64,000 nucleotides of DNA from the IMG/VR virus record IMGVR_UViG_3300006217_000002; one strand, written 5' to 3'. Of this stretch, positions 1 to 9,405 are shown piece after piece. Position 1 is the stretch's first letter, and every line of letters starts with the position of its first letter. This DNA comes from a virus. Taxonomy: Duplodnaviria > Heunggongvirae > Uroviricota > Caudoviricetes. Both the position numbers and the translations under genes were made by a program. The notes below the pieces were generated by a model that was not told the DNA's origin, made no database searches, and saw nothing but the letters and a program-made list of their open reading frames with translations.

Positions 1-76
1 ATAAGCACCAGCATTATTGTTTTAAATGCTGGTGCTTATTTTTTTATTTTTATCAAAAAATGAAAGGAGATTAAAT

Positions 77-1660
77 ATGGATTTAGTATCAGTAATTCTC
101 GAATCAATGGATTTAGATCCATTAAGGAAATATGAAAGCAGCGATCCTTACGAAATGTTTTCAGAAAATGGAGATACGTTCCTTGAAGAAGCATTATCTG
201 AAGCTGGAAAGGATGCAAACAAAAAAAATGTTATACAGAAGATCTGGGATTTTATTAAGAAGATTTGTAAATGGATATCAAAACAATTATCAAGATTTAT
301 ATCTTTCATCAAAGGTTTCTTTAAGAAGAAATCTAAGAGTGCAGATCAAATAGCAGAAGAAGTAGTTCCAAGTAATAAAAGAAATGTTATCACTGGAGCT
401 GCTATGGCTGCAGCAGGTGCAGTAGCAGCTGGTGCCGCAGTTGCTAATAAAAATAAATCATCAGATCCTTCATCAGTATCAGTACAAACAGTTGAATCAA
501 CTAGCATTCCTTCTAATCCATCATCTTCAATTAGTCCTCCTTCACTTGATGATATAGTCAAGAACTTAATTTGTGCATTTGAAGATGATAAAAATACAGT
601 TAAGTTTTCTTGGAATCAAATTCAGGAGAATGGTAAAGGAGCTAAAATTAAAGGCAAAGGATTAGTCAGAGGAATGAATGACGTTGTAGAAGTATACATG
701 ATGATCAATAATCCTGACTTAATGAGTGAATTTCTTGCTTGTCTTGATATTATCAAGACAAGAGAATTAGCTAATAATAATTTCAGTGCTAAATATCAAA
801 GTTTTGTAAATAATTACAATAACTACAGAAGATCAATTAGTAGTATGGCTCAAAGTGATTTTTCAATTAAACTTGATGATCTTGATCGTTTTAATAAACA
901 ATTTATCGAGATTAACAAAGTATTGGAGATTATCGATAGCCCTGAAATTGTTGATCAAAAAGGTATGAATATGGGAGTTACTGCTAAACCGTATGATTCA
1001 AGCTCTGTCATCAGAAATCTTAATGATATAGCTGGTTTAGTAGCAAGATGGCAAATGGGTATAAGTGGTATTGTAGGATGCCTTAAATCTGTATATCAGA
1101 TTGATAGTTCATTTAATAATACTATTGATGATATTGAAACGCTTAGTCAATTCGTTCAGAAATGTATGGATTCAGGAATTCCTGGTAAGTACATTATGTG
1201 GAATGGATATAAAATATCATCACCTAAGTTAAAAGGATCTGGTAAAAATGGATCTGAAACTTCTCCTATTTGGGGTCAGTCAAGATTTGTATTCTTCCCT
1301 GATGATAATCCGCAAGTCGTGTATAAAGTTGCATATAACCCATGGGGATTGAGGGCTAATAAATCTGAAACAATGGTCACTGATAAGGTGAAAGAAACTG
1401 GTTATACAGAAGATATCATTGCTAAGGTTGTTAGTCATACTCAGAACGATCATGTTATTAGTATTGAAAGAGCTGATAATCAAGATACTCCTAGCATTAG
1501 TGTAATTAGCAATGTTAAAGATAAACTTGAAAACTTCTGTAGGTCTCAGAAACTTCCTATATCTCTTATTGCTGATATTCACGCAGGAAATGTTAGAAAG
1601 ATCAAAGGAAAATGGGTTGCAATTGATTACGGCGATGTAGAAAGATCTTATGCAGTATAG
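77..1660 (+). CDS. Putative internal head protein with C-terminal protein-kinase-like domain
   Basis: ATG 77 follows an AAAGGAG RBS. The N-terminus is acidic with xES/xEA motifs and an amphipathic KIWDFIKKICKWISKQLSRFISFIKGFF helix. The C-terminus has GQSRFV...VYKV...KSE...DIHAGN...IDYG kinase-fold motifs. Confidence 0.65.
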   Translation: MDLVSVILESMDLDPLRKYESSDPYEMFSENGDTFLEEALSEAGKDANKKNVIQKIWDFIKKICKWISKQLSRFISFIKGFFKKKSKSADQIAEEVVPSNKRNVITGAAMAAAGAVAAGAAVANKNKSSDPSSVSVQTVESTSIPSNPSSSISPPSLDDIVKNLICAFEDDKNTVKFSWNQIQENGKGAKIKGKGLVRGMNDVVEVYMMINNPDLMSEFLACLDIIKTRELANNNFSAKYQSFVNNYNNYRRSISSMAQSDFSIKLDDLDRFNKQFIEINKVLEIIDSPEIVDQKGMNMGVTAKPYDSSSVIRNLNDIAGLVARWQMGISGIVGCLKSVYQIDSSFNNTIDDIETLSQFVQKCMDSGIPGKYIMWNGYKISSPKLKGSGKNGSETSPIWGQSRFVFFPDDNPQVVYKVAYNPWGLRANKSETMVTDKVKETGYTEDIIAKVVSHTQNDHVISIERADNQDTPSISVISNVKDKLENFCRSQKLPISLIADIHAGNVRKIKGKWVAIDYGDVERSYAV

Positions 1661-1748
1661 AAATATGTAATTATAGAACATGACGTTAAATGGACGAGAT
1701 GTTTACATGTTCTTAAAATAATATTTTAAAGTAAAGGAGATAATCGAC

Positions 1749-2747
1749 ATGAATAAAGGTTTATTTCAACTTGAAAGCTTTGACGAGATGAAAGATGATG
1801 ATCTTCTTCAGATGAATCTGAATGAAGGCTCAGAAGAGTTCTCTGTAAAGTGCCCCTCTTCAAATCCCACCGTAGACTTTGATAAAGATGCTACTAGTGG
1901 TTCGGAACATACAATTCCTGTACCTGGCGGTGACAAGGAATCTCCATCAGCTAAATCTGTTGAAGGAGCTAATGTTGCTGTACCTGGAGGAGATAAAGAA
2001 ACTCCTACTGCTAAACCGAGTGATGCAGCTGCAGTATCTGTGCCTGCTACTGTAACTCTTACGTCAGACGAATACAACAGTGCAATTAGTGCACTTAAAA
2101 AGAGTTTTAAAGAAGCAGTAGATATCTGTGCAATTCTTGAGTCAGCATCAGTAGTTCATAAGACTACAGAAGAGATGCAGGAAGAGTTTGTTGAAGCTGC
2201 TATTGGGGATGCTATTCTTCAGAGCTATGAAGACGGTCCTCTATTTGAAAAAGTATCTAGAACTGATAAAAATGACGTAAAGAAGATTGTAAGAAAGATC
2301 AGATCTGGAGTAGCAAGAGCTTGTAAAAATGACAATGTTCATTTCTATCAGCCTAATCTTGTTGCACGAATTCTCGTAGGAGGGATTACTTCACCTGTGG
2401 GAGGAGCATCTCATCTAGCAGCTGGTCTTACTCAGATCTTTAGTACACGTTTATGGCAAGTTCTTGGTATCTGCCATGCTGAAGATGGAAATATTAAAAC
2501 TATTTGTGATAATTTGACACAAAAGTTTGCGGATGACCTTGGAGATTATAAAGTACTTTATGTAAAAGCTCCTATGACTATCTTTGACGTATTCAAAACT
2601 CATTTTGGATGGAAAGACAATCGCGGAGCGTTTTTCTTGTTAGTAGATACTAAGATTCCTTCTGAGATCAGAGCTGCAGCTAAGGAAATTAACGATCAGC
2701 TTACTAAATCTAAATCTGAAGGAAACAAAGATGGAGAAAAAGAATAA
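1749..2747 (+). CDS. Putative virion head protein (acidic N-terminus, duplicated VPGGDKExPxAK motif)
   Basis: AAAGGAG RBS; LES/NEG/VEA motifs; short internal repeat; co-oriented with the upstream head-like gene. Confidence 0.5.
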   Translation: MNKGLFQLESFDEMKDDDLLQMNLNEGSEEFSVKCPSSNPTVDFDKDATSGSEHTIPVPGGDKESPSAKSVEGANVAVPGGDKETPTAKPSDAAAVSVPATVTLTSDEYNSAISALKKSFKEAVDICAILESASVVHKTTEEMQEEFVEAAIGDAILQSYEDGPLFEKVSRTDKNDVKKIVRKIRSGVARACKNDNVHFYQPNLVARILVGGITSPVGGASHLAAGLTQIFSTRLWQVLGICHAEDGNIKTICDNLTQKFADDLGDYKVLYVKAPMTIFDVFKTHFGWKDNRGAFFLLVDTKIPSEIRAAAKEINDQLTKSKSEGNKDGEKE

Positions 2748-2780
2748 AAATAAATAAATCCATATCTTGTCCAATAAAAT

Positions 2781-2813
2781 ATATGTAGGGAGGTGTTGAA
2801 CCTCCCTACATAT
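2781..2813. terminator. Bidirectional hairpin terminator
   Basis: 13-bp stem ATATGTAGGGAGG/CCTCCCTACATAT between convergent genes. Confidence 0.8.
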
Positions 2814-2819
2814 GATCTT

Positions 2820-3287
2820 TTAATTATTATAGATTGATAAAGCATCGAGACACTGTCTAAGGGAATCTAAAGATTCTTTGGTTTTAATCTTAGAAAGATA
2901 TTCACTTAATTCAGGAGTTATATAACCCTCAGTCAATGCTTCCCTTATAATGATTCTGTCGACAACTTCTTCAGTGGCAGTATTTATGATCTCGATTCGA
3001 TTGTCTGCTGTATTAAGATTAAATCTAACACAGAAATTCTCAATAACTTCACCTACAGTAGGAGGAACGACAATTGTTTCTTCTTTTTCATCTTCAGTAT
3101 CAAAGAAAGAATCTTCATAGTCGTCCTCCTCAATTTCTGTACAATCTCCATCAATAATATCAACATCAGTTAAGTTGAGACCAGGAAATTTGTCCTCCAG
3201 AAATTGTCCAATTGTGTTACACATAGAACCGAACAAAGATCCAATCCTTGTGTCATGCGTGTTTCTCATGTTGTCATAAAATTTCAT
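2820..3287 (-). CDS. Hypothetical acidic protein
   Basis: 155-aa ORF with AAGGAGG RBS. Confidence 0.7.
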   Translation of the reverse strand: MKFYDNMRNTHDTRIGSLFGSMCNTIGQFLEDKFPGLNLTDVDIIDGDCTEIEEDDYEDSFFDTEDEKEETIVVPPTVGEVIENFCVRFNLNTADNRIEIINTATEEVVDRIIIREALTEGYITPELSEYLSKIKTKESLDSLRQCLDALSIYNN

Positions 3288-3321
3288 ATTGGCGTCCTCC
3301 TTTTATAAATAAATTTATTTT

Positions 3322-4206
3322 TTATTCATTAAATTCGAATACCATATTTCCATTTTCATATAGCTGTACAGAATATGAAAATCCTGCTATTCGAATGAAC
3401 CTACTAAATAGTTGAGCGGATAATGGCTTATTGTTGTTTACTGTGGTCAATAAGTTATTGACTGTATAATCATCGTCGCATGATGATCTTAGAGATGCTT
3501 TTGTTATATTCTCCATTATCATCAGTAGCTTAACAATTTTCTTGAATGGATCGTCATTAGTTTTCGTTATATTATCATATTTGACGATACCAGTTTCAAA
3601 TACATCTTCTGGATAGTTATAAGTTAAACATCTTTTATCACCTTTAAACACTTTAACTTTATAACTGAGATGCAATATTCCATCTATCCAGACTGACCAT
3701 TTCTCGTATCTCATAAATGTTATTTTAGTCAGAGCTGAATAGTAGCTTTCAACTATATTTTGATTTATCTTAGGAGCTGCCATATCGATTAAATCCACTA
3801 TGGTGATATTTTTATGACATATAACTCCTTTGATACATTGGGTGAACATATTATCTTCATCGGAGATTTGGGGTTTTAACAAATCTCCGTTATCACTTTT
3901 TCTTTGCATATACAAGACATTTTTGGCTACTTCCTTATCAATTGAAGAAGCTAGGGTTTCAATATCTATTCTCTTAACGTCTTTATCAAAATATTTCTCT
4001 TTTGAAAATTGTGAAATATAATATTTCTTACCATCCCAAATTGGGAAATATCCTGTCTTAGGATTTGACCTAGTCTCGGTTAACGAATAATAATAAAGTC
4101 TTCCATTAGACTTGTCATAATATAATTTTCCCTCTATCGGTGACTTATCGTCAGTAGTACCGTATACTTCGTAGGTACATTTGGTCGATGGTATAATTCC
4201 TAACAT
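3322..4206 (-). CDS. Hypothetical protein with tandem duplicated, possibly HTH-like, C-terminal domain
   Basis: GAGGTG RBS before ATG 4206; DNMFTQCIK..NITIVDL..LSYKVKVF resembles DDPFKKIVK..NITKASL..FSYSVQLY. Confidence 0.55.
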   Translation of the reverse strand: MLGIIPSTKCTYEVYGTTDDKSPIEGKLYYDKSNGRLYYYSLTETRSNPKTGYFPIWDGKKYYISQFSKEKYFDKDVKRIDIETLASSIDKEVAKNVLYMQRKSDNGDLLKPQISDEDNMFTQCIKGVICHKNITIVDLIDMAAPKINQNIVESYYSALTKITFMRYEKWSVWIDGILHLSYKVKVFKGDKRCLTYNYPEDVFETGIVKYDNITKTNDDPFKKIVKLLMIMENITKASLRSSCDDDYTVNNLLTTVNNNKPLSAQLFSRFIRIAGFSYSVQLYENGNMVFEFNE

Positions 4207-4239
4207 AAACAATCACCTCTTATATCTTTATTTACCTCT

Positions 4240-4249
4240 ATAATATATA
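4240..4249 (-). promoter_or_regulatory. Putative early (virion RNAP) promoter motif TATATATTAT
   Basis: The same motif precedes several non-structural genes and resembles AR9/phiKZ early promoter motifs. Confidence 0.5.
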
Positions 4250-4254
4250 AGCAA

Positions 4255-4287
4255 ATTAGAAGGGAGGTTGCGTTCCTCCCTTCTAAT
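4255..4287. terminator. Hairpin terminator
   Basis: 13-bp stem ATTAGAAGGGAGG/CCTCCCTTCTAAT just past the stop of the 4293 ORF. Confidence 0.75.
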
Positions 4288-4292
4288 CACGG

Positions 4293-4976
4293 CTAATCTT
4301 GGAATTCACGAGGATCGATTGTTTTAGGAATATTATTGTTAACAGGTTTCTTAGGAGGAATAATATCTGTATGCGGAGTTATTGGACCATGCTTAACAGT
4401 GGGATTGCAATAATTTAGGTACATCATGAATCCAATACTGTCAATATCTAAATGGTCTAGTGTATGTTCTAACGCTGTTAATTCATTCAATGTCAGTAAT
4501 ACAGATGACTGCTCATTGTTGAATTTGATTTTTATCCCTTCTACCTGTTGATCATTAGTAACTATGATGACTGCAGAGAATTCAATTGTGACGTTTCCAA
4601 TCTTAAAAACTCTACGAACTTTCTCTGCCACTTGTTGATTAAGTTCCAACCTATCTCCCCTGTACACATATAGATCAGGAATTTTCATATCCTTCTTTAT
4701 TTCTTTTAATTCATCAACGAATATAGGAAATGTGTACTTTGTCATCCCAATGGAATCATTAGGATTCCACACTGCTTTTATTTTATTCCCACTTGAATCA
4801 GTTTCTGATGGTCTCACTATATTTAATGATATTACTGGATATAATGAGATATTAGTACTAGTACCTCCATCGAAGGCAGATGAATATTCAGCAGCTCTAT
4901 CGTCAACTGTTATCCTTATTTCCCCAGTGAGTTTATTAGGAATAGTCAGGTATCTATATCTTACGATTTGTTTCAT
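4293..4976 (-). CDS. Hypothetical protein downstream of the RNAP subunit gene
   Basis: GGAGGT RBS before ATG 4976; long ORF. Confidence 0.7.
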   Translation of the reverse strand: MKQIVRYRYLTIPNKLTGEIRITVDDRAAEYSSAFDGGTSTNISLYPVISLNIVRPSETDSSGNKIKAVWNPNDSIGMTKYTFPIFVDELKEIKKDMKIPDLYVYRGDRLELNQQVAEKVRRVFKIGNVTIEFSAVIIVTNDQQVEGIKIKFNNEQSSVLLTLNELTALEHTLDHLDIDSIGFMMYLNYCNPTVKHGPITPHTDIIPPKKPVNNNIPKTIDPREFQD

Positions 4977-4994
4977 ATTTACCTCCAATTTCGA

Positions 4995-6701
4995 TTATTT
5001 GTTTCCATTATCTTCCATAAGTAGAGATTCATCGAACTTCCTGTAATTGTCTCTCGGATCTTTCTCTACAACAATCTCCATTGGGTTATTAGAAACTCCA
5101 GAGATTTTAAGCTTGTTTTCACCTGCCTTAAATAACGCGTCTAGGACTGCATTATATTCTTCTTCAGAATCACATTTGATACATAATTCTTCATAATCAT
5201 CTCCTAAAGGACACTGATCCAGTAGCTTAGATATCTTATAATGCATTTCATTTTCATAAAGTGATTCATCGAAATACATAGATTTGATATCACAATATGG
5301 GCTTAATGAACCAGATCTACCAGGATCGCTTGCCGATGTTTCAGCTATATCAATAAATCCTAACATTGATGGATGAAGAGTTCTTTGACGAATTGGGATT
5401 CTTCTATTATCATTATTTCCAAGTGAGTTAGGACCTTTAGCTGTAAATCTGAATTTAGCTTCAAAATCCATATCAGAGTTATTCTCGGCATATCTTAATA
5501 CTCCAGATGAATATAATTTAGTGATGAATATATCCTCAGGAAATCTGAAACATTTTAGATAGTCCTGAATTCCTGCTTTATCTCCAAGACTAACTATTCG
5601 ATTTATTCTCTTAGATACCTCGGCTGTTACAAAACTACCAATGTATTCATGACATCTTAGTCTTTTATTTATCATGGACAAATTATCCTTTGACCATAGC
5701 GTATGGTAGTTTTGAATAATCCATTTAAGAAGATAATAAATATTCTGTTTATCATATTCATTAATCTTCAATTCCTTACGTGTAACGTCATCCAGTAATC
5801 GATTAAAGAATACATGCTGATATATACCTCTTCGTATAGTATTCTTTCCTCCTACTACCATCATCCAGTTTTCCCAGTTGTCTATGTCCTCATATTTAAC
5901 CTTGGTTTCTTCAAATAGTTTTACGAGGCATCCGACAATTGATTTTACATATATCTCCTGATCAAAGATATCTTTTCTAACCGCTATTACAACGTCAGAT
6001 TTCTTCCCACATTCAAATCTCAAGATATTTTCATGCTTAATAGGGTTCTCACTTTTCTGTTCAACGTGAATGAATCTGTCAACTTCTAAGAAATTTAACA
6101 TCTTAGATACAGTTAGATGTGAATATATAAGTAACACATTTATCGCAGATTTGAAGATTTGAATTGTGTATGTAGGAATTGTGTAAACATTCCCATCAGT
6201 ATCTGTAAAGTCATCTTTAGATGTTTTAACACAGATAGGCATCAATGATTTAATTGTAACAGCACCAAAAGATGGATATAACATTTTATCTACCATCTGG
6301 TATATTAGATAACATTTCTTTCCTTTGATCAAATAATAGCCATCTTTATCTTCAATAGGAATAACAATAGGTTTCTTTAAATACACAACCTTTTCTTTTC
6401 CATCTTTATCGAGTCCTTTTACTTCAATATCAAGATACATAACTCCGCATCTTGTCTCTGCAATGTTTTTGATGACCTTGTTCTTATTTGAGTTACGTCT
6501 GATAACATGATCATTTACATCATATTTATCTTCGTCAGGAACCCATTCGTAGCCTAATATTTTTATATTAGGGAGGATTTCAAATCCTTTAAACGCATCA
6601 AATATAAATTCTTCCAATGGTTTATCGAATGCTTTATTCATTAAATCTTCATTAAGCATATCACGATAATCATTTGGAAGATCGTTCAGATATTTCAGCA
6701 T
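4995..6701 (-). CDS. rpoB: Phage multisubunit RNA polymerase, beta subunit N-terminal half (non-virion RNAP-like)
   Basis: GYYLIKGKKCYLIYQMVD, FTAKGPNSLG and RTLHPSMLGFIDIAETSASDPGRSGSL correspond to conserved beta regions; the protein ends where split phage beta-N subunits end. Confidence 0.85.
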   Translation of the reverse strand: MLKYLNDLPNDYRDMLNEDLMNKAFDKPLEEFIFDAFKGFEILPNIKILGYEWVPDEDKYDVNDHVIRRNSNKNKVIKNIAETRCGVMYLDIEVKGLDKDGKEKVVYLKKPIVIPIEDKDGYYLIKGKKCYLIYQMVDKMLYPSFGAVTIKSLMPICVKTSKDDFTDTDGNVYTIPTYTIQIFKSAINVLLIYSHLTVSKMLNFLEVDRFIHVEQKSENPIKHENILRFECGKKSDVVIAVRKDIFDQEIYVKSIVGCLVKLFEETKVKYEDIDNWENWMMVVGGKNTIRRGIYQHVFFNRLLDDVTRKELKINEYDKQNIYYLLKWIIQNYHTLWSKDNLSMINKRLRCHEYIGSFVTAEVSKRINRIVSLGDKAGIQDYLKCFRFPEDIFITKLYSSGVLRYAENNSDMDFEAKFRFTAKGPNSLGNNDNRRIPIRQRTLHPSMLGFIDIAETSASDPGRSGSLSPYCDIKSMYFDESLYENEMHYKISKLLDQCPLGDDYEELCIKCDSEEEYNAVLDALFKAGENKLKISGVSNNPMEIVVEKDPRDNYRKFDESLLMEDNGNK

Positions 6702-7011
6702 TTTTTAACGCCTCCTTATTATAGAAATTATTTACAACACCTATCTGTACTTGTTCAGCATTTCCATGACTTACTTGTTTCATAAATATACTGGAAGGAT
6801 AAACTCTTCCATTTTTATTTGTAACACCGCTTTGATGGATTGTACATTCAGCTATAACTTCATCTGTATCATAATCGCATACAGTAGAATTGATATCAAT
6901 CTTATATGCCCATCTAAATATAAACCATTTAGGCGGTCTAAAACCTTTCCACTTAGGTGTCCATACAGTTTGAACTTGTTTAATTTTCATCATTGGTTTT
7001 GGTTCCATCAT
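6670..7011 (-). CDS. Hypothetical protein (FRPP-W motif plus prohead-protease-like NKNGRVYP fragment)
   Basis: AAAGGAGG RBS; shares a motif with the adjacent ORF. Confidence 0.6.
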   Translation of the reverse strand: MMEPKPMMKIKQVQTVWTPKWKGFRPPKWFIFRWAYKIDINSTVCDYDTDEVIAECTIHQSGVTNKNGRVYPSSIFMKQVSHGNAEQVQIGVVNNFYNKEALKNAEISERSSK

Positions 7012-7330
7012 CGAATGCCTCCTTTATCTTGTCTGCTAATTTATCGACTTCATCATTTCTTATAGGATTACATTTAAATTCCATGGATATTTCTCTTTCA
7101 ACAGATGTAGAAATACTCTTCGGATAGCAATCCTTGAACAAAATTCTTCTGTCAACTTTATAAGCCCACATGAATATTTTCCACAAGGGAGGCCTAAAAT
7201 GCTTAAATCTCGGCTTATATGATATATAAAGAATATCAAATCCATTTTTGTCATTGTCATTTACTTTATAAGCATGACCATTCTTAAGTTCTTTAATCCA
7301 ATATTGGATCATTTCTTTTACATCACTCAT
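6980..7330 (-). CDS. Hypothetical protein (FRPP-W motif)
   Basis: AGGAGGT RBS; shares FRPPxWxIFxWAYKxD with its neighbour. Confidence 0.65.
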   Translation of the reverse strand: MSDVKEMIQYWIKELKNGHAYKVNDNDKNGFDILYISYKPRFKHFRPPLWKIFMWAYKVDRRILFKDCYPKSISTSVEREISMEFKCNPIRNDEVDKLADKIKEAFDDGTKTNDEN

Positions 7331-7380
7331 AATTTTATACCTCCTAATTTAACAAGAATTGTTTATCTCAAAAACAATGA

Positions 7381-7418
7381 TTATTACATGGAGGGATTTA
7401 AATCCCTCCATGTAATAA
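7381..7418. terminator. Perfect 38-bp palindrome, probable terminator
   Basis: TTATTACATGGAGGGATTT/AAATCCCTCCATGTAATAA after the dcd stop. Confidence 0.75.
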
Positions 7419-7426
7419 ATATATCC

Positions 7427-8098
7427 TTATTTCTCAGGAATATCATCTGTTTTGGATGCAGAATTGAATTCTCTATCCATATTAATCTTGCTACCAGTAG
7501 CTTCTATCTGGCTATAGTATTTTGACCCTTTATTTTTAGCTCCATAAACCTGATTTGCATATTGAGCTTTGAAGAAATACACTTGAGCAACTCTCATTCC
7601 GGTATATAGAGCAATTGGATATTCTGTCTCATTAAACACCTCAAATGTGATAGTACCTCTGAAACCGGAATCAATTAATCCTGCCTGCTCAGTTTGAATT
7701 CCTACTCTTGCTATAGAAGATCTTCCTTGTACAAAACTTAGAATCCCATTTGGAATATTAAGAATTTCTTTTGACGCTAATAATACAAACTTACCAGGTT
7801 CGATGATTATACGATTATCAATTATTCCTCTTTCATATTGGATTTCTTTACGTACATCGATACAGTCAATAAGACCCTTCAGATATCTATGTCCTCCAAA
7901 ATTATTTAATTCCGGAATAGCTGAATTAGGTTTTAGTACCTTATAAGTATTTCCTAAAGTAAGATCAACAGAGTTAGGTTGTAGTTGTTCTTTGGAAATG
8001 GGTTGCTCGATAAGAATTCCTTTCCTATTATATTTCATGATTGTTCTATCACTTAATACAGGGCTAAAATAGTCATGTAACATTCGTAAAGATCCCAT
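7427..8098 (-). CDS. dcd: dCTP deaminase
   Basis: LSDRTI, LQPNSVDLTLG, GRSSIARVG, AGLIDSGFRGTITFE, GMRVAQ motifs; AAGGAGGTG RBS before ATG 8098. Confidence 0.92.
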   Translation of the reverse strand: MGSLRMLHDYFSPVLSDRTIMKYNRKGILIEQPISKEQLQPNSVDLTLGNTYKVLKPNSAIPELNNFGGHRYLKGLIDCIDVRKEIQYERGIIDNRIIIEPGKFVLLASKEILNIPNGILSFVQGRSSIARVGIQTEQAGLIDSGFRGTITFEVFNETEYPIALYTGMRVAQVYFFKAQYANQVYGAKNKGSKYYSQIEATGSKINMDREFNSASKTDDIPEK

Positions 8099-8116
8099 AT
8101 ATTTCACCTCCTTATT

Positions 8117-8608
8117 TTATAATTCACCATGGTAGAAAGATGTTCTAATTCTTTCACTCTTATCTTTATAAAAGTAGTATACGACCAAATATATTTTTCC
8201 TTTGAAAATATCTGTGTCATATAAGAATGGAGTTGCTAAAACTTGTTTCTCTGTAATCAATAACCAGTTATCAAGATCCGCTAATAGACTTTCCAATTTC
8301 TCTTTTATAAATTTATCCCTTTTAGAGATATGAAATGTTACAGGTTTATCAGATGCATATTTACAATTGTATACGAACTCATGTAAAGTATCATCGATAT
8401 AATCATCTATCGATAAGTATATATGAACTTTATGATCCTTATCAATCCATCGTTCAAAAGAGGTAGTTCCTAAAATATTGAACTTATCTTTGAATCCGAG
8501 GAAGCTAAAATTGATGAATACATGTTTCTTCCGAAAATGGTATTCTTTACTTTTTACCAGATTGCTTGTTAGCATATCATTGCTCTTCAAATTTTCTGCA
8601 TTCTTCAT
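8117..8608 (-). CDS. Hypothetical protein
   Basis: 163-aa ORF in a co-oriented run; start uncertain. Confidence 0.6.
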   Translation of the reverse strand: MKNAENLKSNDMLTSNLVKSKEYHFRKKHVFINFSFLGFKDKFNILGTTSFERWIDKDHKVHIYLSIDDYIDDTLHEFVYNCKYASDKPVTFHISKRDKFIKEKLESLLADLDNWLLITEKQVLATPFLYDTDIFKGKIYLVVYYFYKDKSERIRTSFYHGEL

Positions 8609-9308
8609 AAATTTTCTCCTCGTCTTTCTTAGCTACTTTCTTTTGCAATAAAGATTCTTCAATAATGAAACTCCATATATCTTCATCATCTTTAAAAGAT
8701 TTCAATATCCCTTCTGGTGTACTAGATTTAAATCCAGCAATAATACGTTCTTTAAACAATTCAGGATACTCAGCCTGAGCACTATTTGTAATAGCTCCAT
8801 CCTGTTTATAACCAGCGAAATAGCTATCGTATTTAGTTTCAAACATTTCTACGTTTGCATATATTCCGGTATTTGTATAATGAATCTTTAGATAATAATC
8901 ACCGTGAGGATATTCTAATTGCTTCAACAAGAATTTAGGGCCGTCTTTTTCTTTAAATATCCTAACGTAAGGAACGTTCTTGAAATAGTGTTTAGCTACA
9001 ATATACATATCTTCAACGTATGCTGGAATATGTATGATTAGTTTATTTCTTGGGCAACAAAGTCTTATTAAAGAATTAACTTTTTCATTAATCATATAAG
9101 GACTTACCAAGAATAAATGTATTTTGTGGTTACTTTTTCCATCCAAATAATCGATCAACTTATCTAAGTAATTAATATAACCATTTGTACCAGAACCAAA
9201 AGGTTCACCAAAGATTATATGAATATCACCAGTATTAAAGTACTTAGATAAATGAGGGTTGTAATTGTATCTCCCTGTTATCTTGTCAATAAATATATTT
9301 CCATTCAT
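8577..9308 (-). CDS. Hypothetical protein
   Basis: 243-aa ORF with GAAAGGATGG RBS. Confidence 0.7.
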   Translation of the reverse strand: MNGNIFIDKITGRYNYNPHLSKYFNTGDIHIIFGEPFGSGTNGYINYLDKLIDYLDGKSNHKIHLFLVSPYMINEKVNSLIRLCCPRNKLIIHIPAYVEDMYIVAKHYFKNVPYVRIFKEKDGPKFLLKQLEYPHGDYYLKIHYTNTGIYANVEMFETKYDSYFAGYKQDGAITNSAQAEYPELFKERIIAGFKSSTPEGILKSFKDDEDIWSFIIEESLLQKKVAKKDEEKIYEECRKFEEQ

Positions 9309-9359
9309 TTAATGTACCATCCTTTCATAAATTATTATCTATAGTTTCATAATTGGATA

Positions 9360-9368
9360 ATATATTAT
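9360..9368 (+). promoter_or_regulatory. Putative early promoter motif ATATATTAT
   Basis: About 40 bp upstream of the sbcD-like gene. Confidence 0.5.
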
Positions 9369-9405
9369 CAAAATGAATTAATAAGATTTTGGAGGTTAAT
9401 AAAAA

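Noticed and set aside
4995-6701. Truncated bacterial rpoB pseudogene, or intron/intein interruption
   Set aside because: Intact ORF with RBS; split beta subunits are normal in phiKZ/AR9-like phages; no intein or homing-endonuclease motifs seen
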